Notes under the pieces: generated by a model
The model's input: only the letters and a program-made list of their open reading frames with translations
Databases searched by the model: none
Told to the model about the DNA's origin: nothing
Virus record (IMG/VR): IMGVR_UViG_2563366797_000003
Strand: one strand, 5' to 3'
Length of the DNA stretch: 40,813 nucleotides
From: a virus
Taxonomy: Duplodnaviria > Heunggongvirae > Uroviricota > Caudoviricetes
In this document: one piece after another, positions 36,749 to 40,813 of the stretch
Layout of the letters: the number at the start of each line of letters is the position of its first letter
Numbering within the stretch: the first letter of the stretch is position 1
Program-made: the position numbers and the translations under genes

Positions 36749-37101
36749 TGCGATACCGTCGCGAAGATACTGAAGGCGATTACACTTTCGGCCAGGGTGA
36801 CGATACTTTCCTTATCGACAGTCCGGAATGTGTCGCCCAGGCCGTAAAAACCCGTTTCGAGCTGTGGCGCGGTCAGTGGTTTCTCGATCTGACGGAAGGC
36901 ACGCCGTATGTTCAGTCAGTGCTTGGGAAGCAGCGATCAGATGTCTACATCCTGGCTATACGCGAACGCATACAGGATACACCGGGCGTTCTGTCGATTC
37001 TTTCCTTCGATACCAATTATGACGGCACCAGCCGTCGCGTCACCTTCACTTCCTCCATTGACACAATCTACGGCCAGACGACTGTAACAAGCGAGGCATA
37101 A
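36748..37101 (+). CDS. Putative baseplate wedge protein (gpW/gp25-like)
   Basis: 117-aa ORF with overlapping start, between the spike and the baseplate J-like gene. Confidence 0.45.
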   Translation: MRYRREDTEGDYTFGQGDDTFLIDSPECVAQAVKTRFELWRGQWFLDLTEGTPYVQSVLGKQRSDVYILAIRERIQDTPGVLSILSFDTNYDGTSRRVTFTSSIDTIYGQTTVTSEA

Positions 37102-38301
37102 ATGGCTTTGAACCTCGACACGCTGGGGCTATCGGCAACGGTAACCGCCCAGGGGATTAGTGCGCCTGATTACCAGACAATCCTTGATACACTGACCAGC
37201 TATTTCAGGCAGATTTACGGTAGTGATGCCTACCTCGAACCAGACAGCAAAGATGGGCAAATGGTCGCGCTGGTGGCTCTTGCGGTGCATGACGCTAACA
37301 ATACCGCTATCGAGATCTACAACTCTTTTTCACCGACGACAGCGCAGGCCGCAGCGCTTAGCAACAATGTGAAAATTAACGGGATCACGCGAAAAGTAGC
37401 GACAAACTCTACTGCTGACCTTCTGTTAACCGGTACGGCAGGCACGACTATCACGAATGGCTCCGCACGGGATAAAAACGGCATTATCTGGAATTTTCCA
37501 GCGAGTGTGGCGATCGGCGTTGATGGTACTGTGCTGGTGACGGCCACATGTGCGAATAGCGGTTCGGTTGCGGCGCTGGCCGGGACTATTACCACTATCA
37601 ACACCCCGACCCGAGGTTGGGTGTCGGTAACCAATCCAGTTGCGGCTACTGTCGGTTCACCAGCCGAAACCGACGCAGAGCTGCGCATTCGGCAGGGGCA
37701 AAGCGTCGCGCTACCATCGATCACACCGTTTGAAGGTGTCGACGGTGCTATCGCTAATGTTGCTGGCGTGACACGTCACAAACTATATGAGAACGACACT
37801 GGGGCAACCGACAGCAACGGGCTGCCGCCACACTCTATTTCCGCCATCGTCGATGGAGGGGATGTTACCGAGATAGCCCAAACAATCCGGGGGAATAAAG
37901 GGCAGGGAACCGCAACTTACGGTAAAACTTCTGTCACGGTGCCGGATACTTACGGTAATCCACACGTCATCAGTTTTTCGCGCTCTACCGATGTGCCAAT
38001 TTTCGTAGCCATTACCCTGAAAGTTTTTACCGGCTATACCTCTCAAATCGGCGAGCAGATTAAACAGGCTGTTGCCGATTATATAAATGGCCTAACAATT
38101 GGCGACGACGTTCTGCTGAGCCGTATTTATTCCCCGGCAAACCTCGGCGTTGTGAGCGGCGGGAATGCCCGCTATTACGATATTACCGACCTGCTGATCG
38201 GTAAGTCGTCTGGCAGCGTATCGGCATCAAACATTGATATTGCCTATGATGCTTCTGCGTCCTGTAGCACCGCGAATATCAGTATCACGGTGACCTCATG
38301 A
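37102..38301 (+). CDS. Baseplate J-like protein
   Basis: 399 aa; position and size typical of baseplate J (Mu gp47 / P2 gpJ) family members. Confidence 0.6.
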   Translation: MALNLDTLGLSATVTAQGISAPDYQTILDTLTSYFRQIYGSDAYLEPDSKDGQMVALVALAVHDANNTAIEIYNSFSPTTAQAAALSNNVKINGITRKVATNSTADLLLTGTAGTTITNGSARDKNGIIWNFPASVAIGVDGTVLVTATCANSGSVAALAGTITTINTPTRGWVSVTNPVAATVGSPAETDAELRIRQGQSVALPSITPFEGVDGAIANVAGVTRHKLYENDTGATDSNGLPPHSISAIVDGGDVTEIAQTIRGNKGQGTATYGKTSVTVPDTYGNPHVISFSRSTDVPIFVAITLKVFTGYTSQIGEQIKQAVADYINGLTIGDDVLLSRIYSPANLGVVSGGNARYYDITDLLIGKSSGSVSASNIDIAYDASASCSTANISITVTS

Positions 38302-38978
38302 GCAAATACACCGAACTGATCACTAACTACCACGCTACCAAGCCACTCTTTTTTGACCATATAGATCTGAGCACCCGCCCGCTGATTGATGTGTCCAGCA
38401 CTATGTCAGGGCTTATAACAGCCTTCGATATTGATACTGCTGTCGGTGTACAGCTCGACATCCTCGGTCTGTGGATCGGACGCAGTCGCATAGTCAGCCA
38501 GCCAATTAGCGGAGTTTATTTCAGCTGGGACACTGACGGGCTTGGATATGACCAGGGCATCTGGCAGGGGCCATATGATCCTGATTCTGGCTATACGACG
38601 CTAAGCGATGAGACGTACCGCATCATTCTGAAAGCGAAAATCGCTATCAACAACTGGGACGGCCGGAACGATTCTCTGCCTCCCATCCTTGACGCTGCGA
38701 CTGCAGGTTCAGGCCTGAAGATGCAGATCGTCGACAACCAGGACATGACGATATCGGTCTGGGTATTCCCCGAGACTGATATTTCTGATGTGTCACTCGA
38801 ACTGATAGCTGCTATCAAACAGGGCTATCTCACCGTTAAAGCTGCTGGCGTATGGGCCGGTGATGTTGAAACGCCTTCGGTAGAAGCACCATCCGAGGGC
38901 TCTAAATTCTTTGGGTTTGATATGGATAACGAATACATCGGTGGGTTCGATGTTGGGGCATGGGGGACAATACTCTAA
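38298..38978 (+). CDS. Putative baseplate/tail protein (gpI / Mu gp48-like)
   Basis: 226-aa ORF overlapping its neighbours at both ends, between the baseplate J and tail fibre genes. Confidence 0.5.
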   Translation: MSKYTELITNYHATKPLFFDHIDLSTRPLIDVSSTMSGLITAFDIDTAVGVQLDILGLWIGRSRIVSQPISGVYFSWDTDGLGYDQGIWQGPYDPDSGYTTLSDETYRIILKAKIAINNWDGRNDSLPPILDAATAGSGLKMQIVDNQDMTISVWVFPETDISDVSLELIAAIKQGYLTVKAAGVWAGDVETPSVEAPSEGSKFFGFDMDNEYIGGFDVGAWGTIL

Positions 38979-39772
38979 TGGCAATAAATAACTTTAAACC
39001 TTTCGCGACAGCAGCAAATGCTAACGTGACGGCCCAGGCTGACTGGGAAACACTTCCGGCTCTACTCTCTGGTTTCATGGCAGGAAAGGCATCCAGTGCG
39101 CAGGTAAACAAAGCTATTCGACAGGCCAGCTTTATTGCGGCAGCACTGGCACAGTACACGGCCAACAAAAGTGGGCTGGACGTTCTTGATGATGGTGACC
39201 TGAACGGGTTTATCTCCAAAATGGGGACCGCTTTTGGGAAAGATTTCCAGGCGCTTGACGCCACGCTGACGGCATTGGCTGGGCTCGCAACTGGTGCAAA
39301 TAAACTCCCGTATTTCACTGGAACTGATACAGCAGCTCAGACTGATTTAACTTCTGTTGGCCGTGACATTATTGGGAAAAATACTATTGCTGACATTCTC
39401 ACATACCTTGGTTTGGGAGAAGCGGCAACGAGGAACGTCGGAACGGATACCGGGCAAGTACCTGATATATCAGCATGGAAAAGCGGCCCGGGATGGAGAA
39501 AAGCGCCAGACGGGACACTGGAGCAGTGGGGAACAGCAATTGGGGACGCATCAGGCAGGAAGACTGTAATTTTTCCAGTCGCATTCTCATCACGGCCTGA
39601 TTCCGTAGTATTTTGCAATCTACAGAATGATGTTCCCGCATCCGTTCAGAATGTCGTTATTAACAACAACAATTTTGACTATGCCGGATTTGAGTGCCGA
39701 AACCTTGCCTACAGCGGCACGGCTATTGTTGGCAGTGCCAGCTCATTTATGTGGGTAGCCAGAGGGAAATAA
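38978..39772 (+). CDS. Tail fibre protein (short)
   Basis: ATG at 38978 overlaps the upstream stop (TAATG); 264 aa; followed directly by a tail-fibre assembly gene and an invertase. Confidence 0.6.
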   Translation: MAINNFKPFATAANANVTAQADWETLPALLSGFMAGKASSAQVNKAIRQASFIAAALAQYTANKSGLDVLDDGDLNGFISKMGTAFGKDFQALDATLTALAGLATGANKLPYFTGTDTAAQTDLTSVGRDIIGKNTIADILTYLGLGEAATRNVGTDTGQVPDISAWKSGPGWRKAPDGTLEQWGTAIGDASGRKTVIFPVAFSSRPDSVVFCNLQNDVPASVQNVVINNNNFDYAGFECRNLAYSGTAIVGSASSFMWVARGK

Positions 39773-39774
39773 GA

Positions 39775-40185
39775 ATGTACTTATACAGCAAATTAAAAAA
39801 TTTATTTTTCCTGAAAGATAATGAAGATTCATACAGGGCAGCAGGTGTGTTACCTGATGACTGCATTGATGTTGACGACGATTTGTTTAATGAGTTCAGT
39901 CAGCCTAAGGCTGGAAAGGTGCGCGTTGTTGGTGCAGATGGTTTGCCAAAATGGGGTGATGCGCCGTCGTTAACGGATGATGAAGTTTTCGCGGCTAACA
40001 TCGAAAAAAAAGCCGCGTTAATTGCTGAGGCGGGACAAGTTATCGCCCCACTGAGTGATGCACTAGCGGGTGGATATATTGATGATGCAGACAAGCCAAA
40101 ACTCACCGACTGGCAGAAATATCGCTACGCGCTGACAAAGGTCGATCCAGCTAATCCAGTATGGCCTGAAAAGCCAGCTGAGTAG
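39775..40185 (+). CDS. Tail fibre assembly protein (Tfa)
   Basis: ATG at 39775, 2 nt after the fibre stop; 136 aa; C-terminal region typical of Tfa proteins (LTDWQKYRYALTKVDPANPVWPEKP). Confidence 0.7.
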   Translation: MYLYSKLKNLFFLKDNEDSYRAAGVLPDDCIDVDDDLFNEFSQPKAGKVRVVGADGLPKWGDAPSLTDDEVFAANIEKKAALIAEAGQVIAPLSDALAGGYIDDADKPKLTDWQKYRYALTKVDPANPVWPEKPAE

Positions 40186-40217
40186 GAAAGGAACCTTTTT
40201 TATAACCATCAAAAATC
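40186..40217. other. Candidate invertase crossover site (hix/gix-like)
   Basis: Segment ggaaaggaaccttttttataaccatcaaaaatc contains AACC-TT-TTTTATAA resembling the GGTTTTTGATAA half-site of hix/gix, and ATCAAAAA matching the TTATCAAAAACC half-site core. Imperfect; no partner site confidently found. Confidence 0.25.
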
Positions 40218-40264
40218 TGGTGATGCTTCGCCGTTTCTCCTGTTTTCATAACAGGAGAAATCCC

Positions 40265-40813
40265 ATGATTTACGGTTATGCCCGAGTATCAACAAACCAC
40301 CAGGACACTGAATTGCAACTAACGGCGCTCAAGTCAGCGGGTTGTGAGAAAATTTTTGAAGAGCATGCCAGCGGGAGGAAATCGAATCGGCCGGTTCTAA
40401 AACGGCTGATCGCCACTATGCAGCCGGGGGATGAACTGGTGGTCTGGAAGCTGGACAGGATAGGCCGCAACGTTCTGCATGCGCTGTTGATGTTCCAGCA
40501 GTTACAGGAAAAGGGTATCAACTTCCGCAGTATTACCGATGGCGTGGATCTCAAAACAGCCAGCGGCCGCTATAACTTTCGTAACATCCTTTCCGCAGCA
40601 CAATATGAATCTGATCTTAATAGCGAACGTACCTTAGCAGGGCTGGCCGTAGCCAGGGCAAAAGGGCGAGTTGGTGGTCGCAGGCCTAAGTTCACGGATG
40701 AGCAATGGCGGGAAATGGGGGAGCGGATGGCAACCGGTGAATCACGACAAAGCGTATCAAAAACGTATGGAGTAGGGCTCTCAACTCTGTATAAAAAGTT
40801 TCCAGCTAGCTGA
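40265..40813 (+). CDS. Serine-recombinase DNA invertase (Hin/Gin/Cin/Pin family)
   Basis: ATG at 40265 with an AGGAG RBS; MIYGYARVSTNHQDTELQ...NRPVLKRLIATMQPGDELVVWKLDRIGRN...RTLAGLAVARAKGRVGGRRPKFTDEQW...GVGLSTLYKKFPAS closely parallels Hin (catalytic Ser in YARVST, C-terminal HTH). The track's 40220 start is an upstream extension. Confidence 0.85.
   Translation: MIYGYARVSTNHQDTELQLTALKSAGCEKIFEEHASGRKSNRPVLKRLIATMQPGDELVVWKLDRIGRNVLHALLMFQQLQEKGINFRSITDGVDLKTASGRYNFRNILSAAQYESDLNSERTLAGLAVARAKGRVGGRRPKFTDEQWREMGERMATGESRQSVSKTYGVGLSTLYKKFPAS

Noticed and set aside
39403-39427. ACCTTGGTTTGGGAGAA inside the tail fibre gene considered as the partner invertase crossover site
   Set aside because: It matches the hix/gix consensus only around CCTTGGTTT and lacks both flanking half-sites; too weak to call without a scoring matrix.

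Overview
The window reads as a near-complete temperate phage (prophage) genome of an enterobacterial host, laid out like a lambdoid phage but with a contractile, Mu/SfV-like tail. All calls rest on reading the sequence and ORF track against remembered protein-family signatures; no database search, HMM or RNA folding was run, so family names are inferences. Left to right: a P4-type tyrosine integrase and AlpA-like excisionase; a leftward early operon with a Bet/Redβ-like annealing protein and a very large RecE-like exonuclease; a CI/Cro/CII immunity region with 14-bp ATCGC-N4-GCGAT operators on both sides of cI; O/P replication genes with origin iterons inside O; a block of uncharacterised early genes ending in an intrinsic terminator; RusA and a Q-like antiterminator; a lysis cassette (two holin-like proteins, GH19 endolysin, Rz/Rz1 spanins); terminase, portal and head genes; sheath, tube, chaperone (with a predicted -1 frameshift), tape measure and baseplate genes; then tail fibre, tail-fibre assembly protein and a Hin/Gin-family DNA invertase. 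No tRNA, rRNA or CRISPR array was found, and no att site is visible because the window starts at the int ATG and ends at the invertase stop. The strongest candidates for undescribed biology are three cargo islands: a terminator-flanked membrane-protein gene between Q and the holin, a convergent gene pair (secreted protein plus a membrane-anchored protein with a DUF4236-like N-terminus) in an AT-rich insert inside the tail module, and an HExxH protein between the lysis genes and the terminase. None of the three has an assignable function from sequence alone.
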